This document shows positions 1 to 8,317 of a DNA stretch of 64,000 bases, in pieces. Below the pieces are notes generated by a model that did no database searches, was not told the DNA's origin, and saw only the letters and a program-made list of their open reading frames with translations. The stretch spans positions 37,416 through 101,415 of the forward strand of contig CAMHNI010000001.1 in NCBI GenBank assembly GCA_946186505.1, in the 5' to 3' direction. The first letter of the stretch is position 1. Each line of letters starts with the position of its first letter. The stretch is from an uncultured Prevotellaceae bacterium. GTDB taxonomy: Bacteria; Bacteroidota; Bacteroidia; Bacteroidales; Bacteroidaceae. A program made the translations under genes and the position numbers.

Positions 1-1161
1 CGTATAGGTACAGAGGTTGTTGTTCAGAATCAGACCTGTACGTTCGCCCTCAAACTTCAACTCACGGTGATAGGTCATCTGCGGAGTGAAAGGCCACTGC
101 GAGGCAGTATAGAGCGTACCATTACTGTATTCCACAGGTGTAGCACCATAGAGGATGCCTCCCTCATCGAACGGACGATGATAAACGTGGTACTTGGGAT
201 AACGCCTGTCGTAGTCGTAAGTGATGAGTGAGTCCGTGGGAGAGGACTGGATGGTACGGCTGAAGATGGCATCGCTAAGCAAGGCACGGTTGGCCCATAA
301 ACGCTGCAGCGAGTCGGCATTCTCAACGGTGGCATCAAAGCGGTAGTATCTCATTGCTTCCTGCCATACCCGCTGCCACTCATCGGCCGTAGGCACAATA
401 AACAGATAGGTGGAGTCCTCGGCGGCCAACTTGCCCACGCGGTCGAGCAGGAGGTTGCGTTCAATGAAGACGGAGTCGGCATAGATCTGCTCACCATCGA
501 CCATGCCGCCCTCCACCGACTGATTGGGGTCGAACTCGTCTTGCTCGTAACTGGCCAGCTGCTCTCCGATGAGGCTGTATCGCGGATCGTTGAGCATAAT
601 CTCATAGAGGTTATTGCGATAGGGCAGTGCACTCTGCAGGACGTGCATCACACCGCCTTTTGCCTTGATGTTGCCCTCCTTGATAGGAATGTCGAGCGCC
701 TTGTTATTGCCGATGGTTGCCCGCTTGGTATTGAGCAGGAAGAACTCGGTAGGAGTACCGTCATTTGAAATTAGGTTGTAGGACAGGTGGTTGCCCACGA
801 AAGAGCGTTCCACCATGGAGTCACCCCTGTTAGTAGCCAGCAGGCTGAGCAAGGAGTCCTTGTTGAAGGATCCGTTGACTGGAGCCAGTACAGTGTACGT
901 CTGGGCACCGTCGAGCAGGTCGGCATAGCTCACGTCGGTTTTCTTGTGATGCTTGAACACCTTGGTCTTGGTGAGCACGTCACAGAAGTCACTAAGTTCA
1001 GGGCGCTGCTGCATGGCCTGCCAGATGGTTGGCTCGCTGCCGGAGAGGGACAGCGGATCTTCATAGTGGTCTGTCCAATCGGAGCAGGCGGTGAAGGCTG
1101 CGGCGGCTCCACAGCATAGCGAACCTGCGATAAGGAAATGTTTTATGCTTTTGGTAATCAT
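1..1161 (-). CDS. Fasciclin (FAS1) domain lipoprotein, N-terminal 387 codons only. The ORF runs off the left edge and is absent from the supplied ORF track.
   Basis: Manual minus-strand translation from the ATG at 1161-1159 stays open to base 1. It begins MITKSIKHFLIAGSLCCGAAAAFTACSD (lipoprotein signal with Cys). FAS1-like motifs are present: TYTVLAPVNGSF and GGVMHVLQSAL. The gene lies 26 nt downstream of the previous gene in the same operon. Confidence 0.75.
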   Translation of the reverse strand, partial: MITKSIKHFLIAGSLCCGAAAAFTACSDWTDHYEDPLSLSGSEPTIWQAMQQRPELSDFCDVLTKTKVFKHHKKTDVSYADLLDGAQTYTVLAPVNGSFNKDSLLSLLATNRGDSMVERSFVGNHLSYNLISNDGTPTEFFLLNTKRATIGNNKALDIPIKEGNIKAKGGVMHVLQSALPYRNNLYEIMLNDPRYSLIGEQLASYEQDEFDPNQSVEGGMVDGEQIYADSVFIERNLLLDRVGKLAAEDSTYLFIVPTADEWQRVWQEAMRYYRFDATVENADSLQRLWANRALLSDAIFSRTIQSSPTDSLITYDYDRRYPKYHVYHRPFDEGGILYGATPVEYSNGTLYTASQWPFTPQMTYHRELKFEGERTGLILNNNLCTYT

Positions 1162-1187
1162 AATTATCAATTGTCAATTATCAATTA
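1162..1187 (-). repeat. Heptanucleotide tandem repeat that fills the whole intergenic spacer, about 3.7 copies of AATTGAY
   Basis: The minus strand reads taattgataattgacaattgataatt followed directly by ATG at 1161. The period is 7. Confidence 0.8.
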
Positions 1188-3185
1188 TTAGTGTCGGTCC
1201 TCGCCTTCGAGGCTGTCATAGATGTCTTTGGGACAGAGTTCGATGTAGTCGATGGACATGTAGAGCGTGCTGCCTTCAAGAATCTGACGGAAGCGCAGCC
1301 AGTAGTCCTGATCGGCACGCATGTACTGCTTCACCAAGATGCGACGTACGTCGTTGCTGTAAGTACGGAACGGCTCTGAGGTGCTGCCATAGCTGTCCAT
1401 GGCCTTCATGAAGCCACGGTTGCGCATGGCCTTGTCGATGGCCTTGTTCTCCTCTTCGTCGTTGGTGTCAGCCTCCCAGCCGATGTTGCTGTCGAAGTTA
1501 CGGAAGCTGATGGGGATGCCGCAAGGCTCGTTGTTCAGATAGACCTGAGCAATACCACGGTCATCGCCGAGTGAGTAACCCAAACGCACCTCGTAGGTAC
1601 CGTCGTGGGGTACAGGGGGCAGTTTCACCGAAGCGTCGAACTTCTCACCAGTGATACAGACACCGCTGCCCTGGTAGTGACGCCAGCCGGTCTGCTCGTT
1701 ACCACAGCCGATGAAGGTTTTGGCGTTGTGCATCTTGAAGTCGGTCAGATAGCCGTTCTTGAAGCCAATCATCATCTCCTCCTTACCCATGTGCTCCATG
1801 CGGGCGTGGCCGTTCATGAAATCAGGGCTGAGGCAGCTGCCGTCAATGCGGATGCGGCGGTTGAGTACCTCTTCGCGTACCTTCTTGGAGTAAACCAGGA
1901 TGTCGTCAATATAGATATATCGGCCATTTTTGCACGACTGCGTGTAGTTGTCGCCCTCGTCATTCTTCAGCACACGCACGCCACGCACCGACGCACTGGA
2001 CTGGAGACCTACACGATTGATGAAAATCTCCTCACCAGGGTTACTGCAGAAGCGGATGAGCGTATGCGGAGCCATGGTCTCGTAGTAGTCCTCTGGGTCG
2101 TAGATCTTGAACAGACACCTTTGCGTATAGATGTCACCCCGACAGTGTACCCAGTAGTCACGGGGTCCCGTGCGGTTGATGAGGTGGTAGCTCACGAAAC
2201 GGTTCAGGGGGTTGTGACGGCTCTTGAAGTCCTCGTCGTACTTGCCGGCATCATCGGGATAGGACTCATCGTAAATCTCCTTGGCATAGGCAATCAGTTC
2301 CTCGATGTTGTTGATGCCGTGGGCACGGTAGATGGAGTCGGTCTCGACAAAGGCCGTAAACTTGAAGAAGCGTTTCTCAGGATACCACGTCTTGCACTGC
2401 TTCGAGGCTGTTCCGTCGTTGGCAGTACCATATGGCACTTTGAAGCCCTTGCCGCCCCAAGCTGAGTCAGGATCGACAGTGTAGGTGTCGTCGTTGTACT
2501 TGGTGAGTGAGTCAGCCATGCCTGTAAGTTTCAGAGCTTGGCTGAAGAGTGAGAGGTTGGGGTTCTCCTCCATAAGGCCGGGAAGAAACTGGTTGCTGGC
2601 CTTGATGACGTGGTCGATGACATGAACCACGCCGTTCGTCACAGAGTCGTCTTTCTGGATGATTCGTGAGTTCTTGTTCACGTAGATGAGCAGCGCGTTG
2701 TTGTTGTAAATGTCGCTGTCGGAAGTCATCTCAATGTAGTCGTCATTCATGTTGACTGGAGGTATCTCGCCGCCCATGTCAGTTGTGAAGTAGGCCTTGT
2801 CCTGTACTATATGTGTACGTGAGAGGGTGTCGCACTGTTCGCGGGGCAGCTCATCGAGTGATGCGTAGCCGTTCTCCTGAAGGTATAGTTGTATAGCCTC
2901 GTTAGTGGGTGCGAAAACGGTGTAGTGGCCGTAGGTTTTCAGAATAGAGAGATAGTTGCTCCGTTCCAGAATGTTCCTGAAGTCACTGAACTGCGCGTCA
3001 TTGGCCTCGATGAAGCCAGCGGCCGTGAGGCGCACTGAAGAGTAGAAGTTCAGCGGAGTATCGCTGTCATCATCGCTACAGGAGGTGAGAGCCCACCCAA
3101 GCCCTCCCAAAGGGAGGGATGTTAATATGCTGGCAAGCCATAAGACACCCGACGTTACCTTTTGTTTCATTGTATGTAATTTCAT
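1188..3185 (-). CDS. Fasciclin (FAS1) domain-containing lipoprotein with a large C-terminal region of unknown function
   Basis: 665-aa ORF with a lipobox (...ALTSCSDDD). FAS1 motifs HYTVFAPTNEAIQLYL and NGVVHVIDHVI are present. The start is ATG at 3185 or 3170. It follows the SusD-like gene. Confidence 0.8.
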   Translation of the reverse strand: MKLHTMKQKVTSGVLWLASILTSLPLGGLGWALTSCSDDDSDTPLNFYSSVRLTAAGFIEANDAQFSDFRNILERSNYLSILKTYGHYTVFAPTNEAIQLYLQENGYASLDELPREQCDTLSRTHIVQDKAYFTTDMGGEIPPVNMNDDYIEMTSDSDIYNNNALLIYVNKNSRIIQKDDSVTNGVVHVIDHVIKASNQFLPGLMEENPNLSLFSQALKLTGMADSLTKYNDDTYTVDPDSAWGGKGFKVPYGTANDGTASKQCKTWYPEKRFFKFTAFVETDSIYRAHGINNIEELIAYAKEIYDESYPDDAGKYDEDFKSRHNPLNRFVSYHLINRTGPRDYWVHCRGDIYTQRCLFKIYDPEDYYETMAPHTLIRFCSNPGEEIFINRVGLQSSASVRGVRVLKNDEGDNYTQSCKNGRYIYIDDILVYSKKVREEVLNRRIRIDGSCLSPDFMNGHARMEHMGKEEMMIGFKNGYLTDFKMHNAKTFIGCGNEQTGWRHYQGSGVCITGEKFDASVKLPPVPHDGTYEVRLGYSLGDDRGIAQVYLNNEPCGIPISFRNFDSNIGWEADTNDEEENKAIDKAMRNRGFMKAMDSYGSTSEPFRTYSNDVRRILVKQYMRADQDYWLRFRQILEGSTLYMSIDYIELCPKDIYDSLEGEDRH
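3091..3119 (-). repeat. GC-rich hairpin plus G-tract mini-element, copy C, in sense orientation and in frame within the signal peptide
   Basis: The minus strand reads tccctccctttgggagggcttgggtgggc. CCCTCCC and GGGAGGG form a 7-bp stem with a ttt loop, followed by GGG T GGG. It encodes SLPLGGLGWA just before the lipobox Cys. Confidence 0.7.
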
Positions 3186-3233
3186 ATCTCTTTCCTTTAT
3201 TCTTTAATCTTTTCTTCTTTAGGACGTGGTCTG

Positions 3234-4943
3234 CTAATTCTTTTCCAAGTCAGCATCATCGCCAGTGTTGTAGGCAGGATTCTGCTTCAAGTAGGGATTC
3301 ACTTTCAACTCATTGCGGTAGTAGGGCAGATAGAGCGCATTGGGGTCAGCCAGCCGAATCTGGATACCGCTGATGTTGGTAATCTGCTTCTTAGTGACCG
3401 TAGTTGCCAGTTTCTTGGTATTGCCCGTACGGCGTGCCTGACGCAACAGGTCGTACCAGCGCTTGCCCTCGAACATCAGTTCGCGGTGGCGCTCCTCCAA
3501 GACAAGGTCTTCCATGTCTTCCTTGGACTCCTTGTAGTCGTTGAACTTCAGAACTTCGCCAGTACCTAGTGCGAAGGAGTTCACTGCTCGCTTGCTCACA
3601 GCGTTAATCAGGTTGAACGCATTCTCGTAGTTATCACTCCCTAACTGGATGAGGGCTTCGGCTTTCATCAGCATGACATCGGTCAGACGGTAGATAATCC
3701 AGTGTGCGTAATTGTCGGAACGCCAGCGGTAATCAGGCACCCAGTTGCTCTTCGAGTTGTCGATGGTGACCCTGGTGGCGGCGTACTTGGCAATGTAGTA
3801 CTGCGTGGTACCTGCCTGATAGATGGACTCGTAGGCTCGGCAGTCATTCAGATTGAAGAGATCGGTGCTCTTCGTGGGCAGTTCGCCGTAGAACTCGTCA
3901 AAGGGAGCCAGGCGACCGTTCGAGAGCGTGTTGCCGCTGTTGTTGGCATAGTAACTGCCAACGTAACCGTTCTTATTGTCCTTGTTGAGCGTCTCATTGA
4001 ATGTCAGCTCAAAAAGGCTCTCGAAGGAGTTGCCCTCTCCGAAGATTTCGTTATAGGCGTTACCCGAGGTGTTCTCTGTCTTCTCCATGATAAGGGGAAT
4101 GTCATTGAAAAGGTACACCTCGTTTTGCAGCCTGCGCTTCAGATTCTCATACTCTTTCTGCTTGAAGTCAATAATGTAGTCACAGCACTCCACACACTTC
4201 TGCCAGTCGCCCTGCCACAAGTAAAGGTCGGCCAGCAGGGCATAGATGGCCGGGCGGGTAACACGGGCCGTGTTGTCGCGCTCGGCGTCTTCCTTCTGCT
4301 TGTCTGGGTCGGGCTTGCGGAAGTATAGCTGAGCATCGTCTTTGACGGCCTCCAGGTCGAAAATCAGGTTGTTGAGGACCACATCGAATGAGTCAGCAGG
4401 AATCTGGTAGTTCTGCGTGTCATCGATGCTGGGTTCGCGAGTGAAGGGAACATCACGGAAAGCACGGATAAGGTGGAAGTAGCAGAGGGAACGGATGAAT
4501 GTGGCCTCAGCTATGTTAGCCTTCATTTCGCTCAGAGCATAGTTCGGATCAAGTTCCTGCACTTGAGGTGCATAGTGTATAACGATATTACAACGGTTGA
4601 TGGTCTTGTAGAAAGCCTCCCAGTTGCAGAAGGGGTTGCTGGGCAGCATGTCTTCCTTGACTAACTGTTCCAGATCCTGTGACGTTGAGACGCCGATAAT
4701 CATGTTGTCGGAACGAGCCTCACCCCATAGTCCCATACGGGTGATACAGTCTTCGGAGTGCAGGCTCTCGTAGCAGCCCATTAGCACACTGGTAACATCG
4801 CTTTTCTTCGTCCAGTAGTTCTCGAGCACTACGTCATTCAACGGCTTCACGTCGAGAAAGTCGGAGCAGGCGGTAAAGGCAGCGGCAGCGCCGCAGCACA
4901 GCCAACAGACGGCGATGGTATGTTTTATGTTTTTGGTAATCAT
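3234..4943 (-). CDS. SusD/RagB family nutrient-binding outer-membrane lipoprotein
   Basis: 569-aa ORF with a lipoprotein signal (LCCGAAAAFTACSD). It carries a SusD-like C-terminal block (ERHRELMFEGKRWYDLLR) and lies directly downstream of the SusC-like gene. Confidence 0.9.
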   Translation of the reverse strand: MITKNIKHTIAVCWLCCGAAAAFTACSDFLDVKPLNDVVLENYWTKKSDVTSVLMGCYESLHSEDCITRMGLWGEARSDNMIIGVSTSQDLEQLVKEDMLPSNPFCNWEAFYKTINRCNIVIHYAPQVQELDPNYALSEMKANIAEATFIRSLCYFHLIRAFRDVPFTREPSIDDTQNYQIPADSFDVVLNNLIFDLEAVKDDAQLYFRKPDPDKQKEDAERDNTARVTRPAIYALLADLYLWQGDWQKCVECCDYIIDFKQKEYENLKRRLQNEVYLFNDIPLIMEKTENTSGNAYNEIFGEGNSFESLFELTFNETLNKDNKNGYVGSYYANNSGNTLSNGRLAPFDEFYGELPTKSTDLFNLNDCRAYESIYQAGTTQYYIAKYAATRVTIDNSKSNWVPDYRWRSDNYAHWIIYRLTDVMLMKAEALIQLGSDNYENAFNLINAVSKRAVNSFALGTGEVLKFNDYKESKEDMEDLVLEERHRELMFEGKRWYDLLRQARRTGNTKKLATTVTKKQITNISGIQIRLADPNALYLPYYRNELKVNPYLKQNPAYNTGDDADLEKN

Positions 4944-4974
4944 AATTACTAATTTCTAATTACTAATTCCTAAT
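4944..4974 (-). repeat. Heptanucleotide tandem repeat that fills the SusC-SusD spacer, about 4.4 copies of AATTAGN
   Basis: The minus strand reads attaggaattagtaattagaaattagtaatt followed directly by ATG at 4943. Confidence 0.8.
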
Positions 4975-7900
4975 TTAGAACGAAATGGTTATACCTCCTG
5001 TGAACGACTTGGCTCGCGGGGTCTGTGCGTTGTCAGTCACTATTCCATATCCTCCGTAGCCCACCTCTGGGTCGGCTCCCGAGTACTTGGTAATGACAAA
5101 CAGGTTATTGGCAGAAACGTATAGGCTCAGCTGGTTCAGACCGAACTTCTTCAATGTCTTGGGCGAAAGGGCATAGCTCAGCTGCGAATAGTTCAGACGG
5201 ATAAAGGAGCCGTCTTCGACGAAACGATTGCTACCGAGCCAGTTGTAGCCATAGTTGTAAAGTGCACGGGGAATAGGGGCGATGTCACCTTCAACGCGCC
5301 AACGCCACAACACGGCACGACTTTGGTTATTGTTTGAGTACATATTCTCGGCATTCATACGTGCCTTGTTGATAATCTTGTTGCCGTAACGGAAGTTGAA
5401 TTGATTGTTCCACGTCAGCTTGCCCCAACGGAGCTTGAAGCCGAAACCGCCAGTGAACTTAGGCAGTGACGAACCAAGATAGACAATATCAAGTTCGTTG
5501 ATCTGACCATCGGCATTCACGTCCTCGTAGATGGCATCACCACCATGGAAGGTCTTGTCCTCGTCCTCTACGCCGGTGTAGCAGAACATCATGGGCTTTG
5601 TCCGGCCGTAGTTGTCGAGGATGACATTGCCGTCCTTGTCACGGACAACAGGTGCATTCGGTCCGCTCACACCGGGTACTTCTTCCTCAGAATACTTGCT
5701 GTATTGATAGACGCCTAAGTAGCGGAAGCCGTAGATACCTCCCAAGGGTCGGTTCAGCTCCACACGCGAGAGATAGCTGCCGTTCTTGCGGTCGAAGTCG
5801 CCGTTGAGCGAAGCCAGCACGGTTTCGTCCATCTCCGTCAGCTTGTTGCGGTTATTAGCGAAGGTGATGTTGAAGTCGGCACCGAACTTGCCAATCTTAA
5901 CAATGTTGTTACCGTTTAGGTTGAACTCCCAACCCACATTCTCCATAGCGCCCACGTTCTGGTAGGCCAGCGAGGCAAAACCTGAGCTAGAAGGCAGTGA
6001 ACGGTTGCCCATGAGCAGGTCGGTGGTCTTCTGCTTATAGACTTCAACGTTACCGTTGATGCGGTCATCCCAGAATCCGAAATCGAAACCTAAGTTGAAG
6101 GTCTCCTTCTGCTCCCATTTCAGGTTTTTCAACTGCACGTTGCTCTGATAGACAGAGCCGTTGTCCATATAGCCCTTGCCGCCGGTATATTTGCTGTAGA
6201 AAAGTCCTTCACTACCAGGCTGTGCACCCACGATACCCCAGCCTGGACGGATGGCCAGCATGCTAATGAACGGCAGAGACCGCTTCATCCAAGGCTCGTC
6301 GCTGATAACCCACTTACCTGACAGGGCAGGGAAGTTACCCCAACGCTGGTCGGGGCCGAACTTCGTCGAGCCGTCACGACGGACGGAGAAATCAACAACA
6401 TAGCGGCCTTTGTAGGCATAGTGGGCAGAATAGGTGAAGTAAATGCTGCGCCACTGGCCGGGCGAGGAGCTGAAGCTTGAAATGATACCGGGTGCGCTGG
6501 CCGAAGTAATTGTACCCGTAGGCAGTCCGTACTCACTAGTATTCTGTCCAGTGCTGGTACCGTCGGTAAGCTGTCCTCTCAGCATCATCATCAGGGAGTG
6601 GTCCTGATTGCTAAAGTGGGGGACGTACGTAAGTGTATGGGTGGTGGTGATACCTAAGCTCTTGTAGGCATTATTTGTAGCCAAGTTGGCATCGCTGCTG
6701 TTCCAGCCGCCGGTGCTCAGCTCCAAGGGCCTGAACATGTCGTTGTAGCGGTTGAAGATGTTGAACACGATCTTGCCTTCGTAGGTAAGTCGCGATTTCT
6801 CCTCCTCAATGCCCAACAGCTCATAGTTCAGTTTGAACTCCGGCTCGATGTTGTAGCTCGTCTCTTCGTTCTTTGCCAGGTGAGCCAGTGCTATGGGGTT
6901 GTAGTCCTTGAGCTGGTTCTCGCGGAACACTTCGTTCACCGTGGGCAGCATATTATAATAGGTGCCCAGGCTGTTGCCGTCCTTGTCCTGTTCGTAGATG
7001 GCCAGGTTAGGCATGCGTCGGTAGGCCACGGAGAGCAGGTCGGCATAGTTTTTTTGGTTGTCGGTATAGGTCAGTGCAACGTTGGTGGCAATCTTGATGC
7101 GGTCACTGACGAAGTAGTCCAAGGCCACACGCGTGGTGAAGCGGTCTAACTGCTGCTTGATGATAGAACCTGTCTCATGGTCGTAACCGGCGGCAATGCG
7201 GAAGTTGGCCTTCTCACCGCCACCGCTCAGTGCTACATAGTGGTTCTGGCGCCAACCAGTCTTCTTCACGGCATCTACCCAGTCGGTGTTTTCGTTATAC
7301 ATCTGGTACTCCGAGAACTCACCGCCCGAGCGATAGTTGATCTCATCGATGTTGTCACTAGCACCAGCCTGCAGGTGGGGGTTGAAGTACTCCTCCTTCA
7401 GCATCATGGTATATTCGTCACCGTTCAGCAGTTTCATGCCATTGGGCTGGTAGGTACTGGTCAGTCGCAGGCTATAGGTCACCTTGGTCTTACCACGGGC
7501 ACCGCGCTTGGTTTTGATTTCGATGACACCATTGGCACCCTGCGAACCCCAGATGGCTGTTGCAGCGGCATCCTTCAGCACGGCAATGCTCTCAATGTCC
7601 TCGGGGTTGACGTTCAACAGCTCGGCGAACTTCTCGTCGTTGGCCGATGAGAAATCGAAGTCCTTCGTGCTGCTGCCCGTCTCCCAGACGTTACCATCAA
7701 CAACGATGAGCGGCTCACTGGAACCGTTGATACTCGACACACCGCGCAGGCGCATCGATGTGCCTGAACCTAAGTTACCTGAGTTGGCCACGATGTCAAG
7801 ACCGGCGATACGTCCCTGCAGGGCTTCATCGACGGTAGTGATGGCCAGACCTTCAAACTCTTTCATATCGATACTCTGACGGGCCGTAGAGATTTCCTTC

Positions 7901-8286
7901 TGCGGAATGGCCAGGCCAGAACCTTGAGCACGCTTCTTCGATGTCACGGTGACCTCGCCAATCTGGGTGGCATCCGTCATTCTCACAGAATAATGCGTCT
8001 TATTGATAGGAAGGGTGACTGTTTTGTATCCCACAAACGAGATGCGCAGCTTGTCCTTCGGGTTCTTCAACTTGAACGAGAAGTTACCGCTCATATCCGT
8101 CACGGCTGATGCCACGATACGGTTAGCGGCGTCAAGCTCCACTACATTGGCCATCATCACGGGACCCATATTGTCCGTCACCTGTCCACTGATGATGTCG
8201 CCGGCCTTCTGTGCAAACGAATTGACAATTGATAACTGACAAATAATTATCAATCCTATAATATTCTTAAATCTCTTAGTAATCAT
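4975..8286 (-). CDS. SusC/RagA family TonB-dependent outer-membrane transporter
   Basis: ORF of about 1100 aa. It has an N-terminal carboxypeptidase-regulatory-like domain (ISGQVTD...GNFSFKL...DKLRISFVGY), a plug region, and a long beta-barrel ending in ...GGITISF. The ORF-track start at 8295 is TTG. The ATG at 8286 gives MITKRFKN. Confidence 0.9.
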   Translation of the reverse strand: MITKRFKNIIGLIIICQLSIVNSFAQKAGDIISGQVTDNMGPVMMANVVELDAANRIVASAVTDMSGNFSFKLKNPKDKLRISFVGYKTVTLPINKTHYSVRMTDATQIGEVTVTSKKRAQGSGLAIPQKEISTARQSIDMKEFEGLAITTVDEALQGRIAGLDIVANSGNLGSGTSMRLRGVSSINGSSEPLIVVDGNVWETGSSTKDFDFSSANDEKFAELLNVNPEDIESIAVLKDAAATAIWGSQGANGVIEIKTKRGARGKTKVTYSLRLTSTYQPNGMKLLNGDEYTMMLKEEYFNPHLQAGASDNIDEINYRSGGEFSEYQMYNENTDWVDAVKKTGWRQNHYVALSGGGEKANFRIAAGYDHETGSIIKQQLDRFTTRVALDYFVSDRIKIATNVALTYTDNQKNYADLLSVAYRRMPNLAIYEQDKDGNSLGTYYNMLPTVNEVFRENQLKDYNPIALAHLAKNEETSYNIEPEFKLNYELLGIEEEKSRLTYEGKIVFNIFNRYNDMFRPLELSTGGWNSSDANLATNNAYKSLGITTTHTLTYVPHFSNQDHSLMMMLRGQLTDGTSTGQNTSEYGLPTGTITSASAPGIISSFSSSPGQWRSIYFTYSAHYAYKGRYVVDFSVRRDGSTKFGPDQRWGNFPALSGKWVISDEPWMKRSLPFISMLAIRPGWGIVGAQPGSEGLFYSKYTGGKGYMDNGSVYQSNVQLKNLKWEQKETFNLGFDFGFWDDRINGNVEVYKQKTTDLLMGNRSLPSSSGFASLAYQNVGAMENVGWEFNLNGNNIVKIGKFGADFNITFANNRNKLTEMDETVLASLNGDFDRKNGSYLSRVELNRPLGGIYGFRYLGVYQYSKYSEEEVPGVSGPNAPVVRDKDGNVILDNYGRTKPMMFCYTGVEDEDKTFHGGDAIYEDVNADGQINELDIVYLGSSLPKFTGGFGFKLRWGKLTWNNQFNFRYGNKIINKARMNAENMYSNNNQSRAVLWRWRVEGDIAPIPRALYNYGYNWLGSNRFVEDGSFIRLNYSQLSYALSPKTLKKFGLNQLSLYVSANNLFVITKYSGADPEVGYGGYGIVTDNAQTPRAKSFTGGITISF

Positions 8287-8317
8287 AATTCTCAATTCTC
8301 AATTCTTAATTCTCAAT
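8287..8317 (-). repeat. Heptanucleotide tandem repeat, about 4.4 copies of AATTGAG/AATTAAG, spanning the upstream gene's stop and the SusC start
   Basis: The minus strand reads attgagaattaagaattgagaattgagaatt followed by ATG at 8286. The TAA stop of the 866-aa gene lies inside the repeat. Confidence 0.8.
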
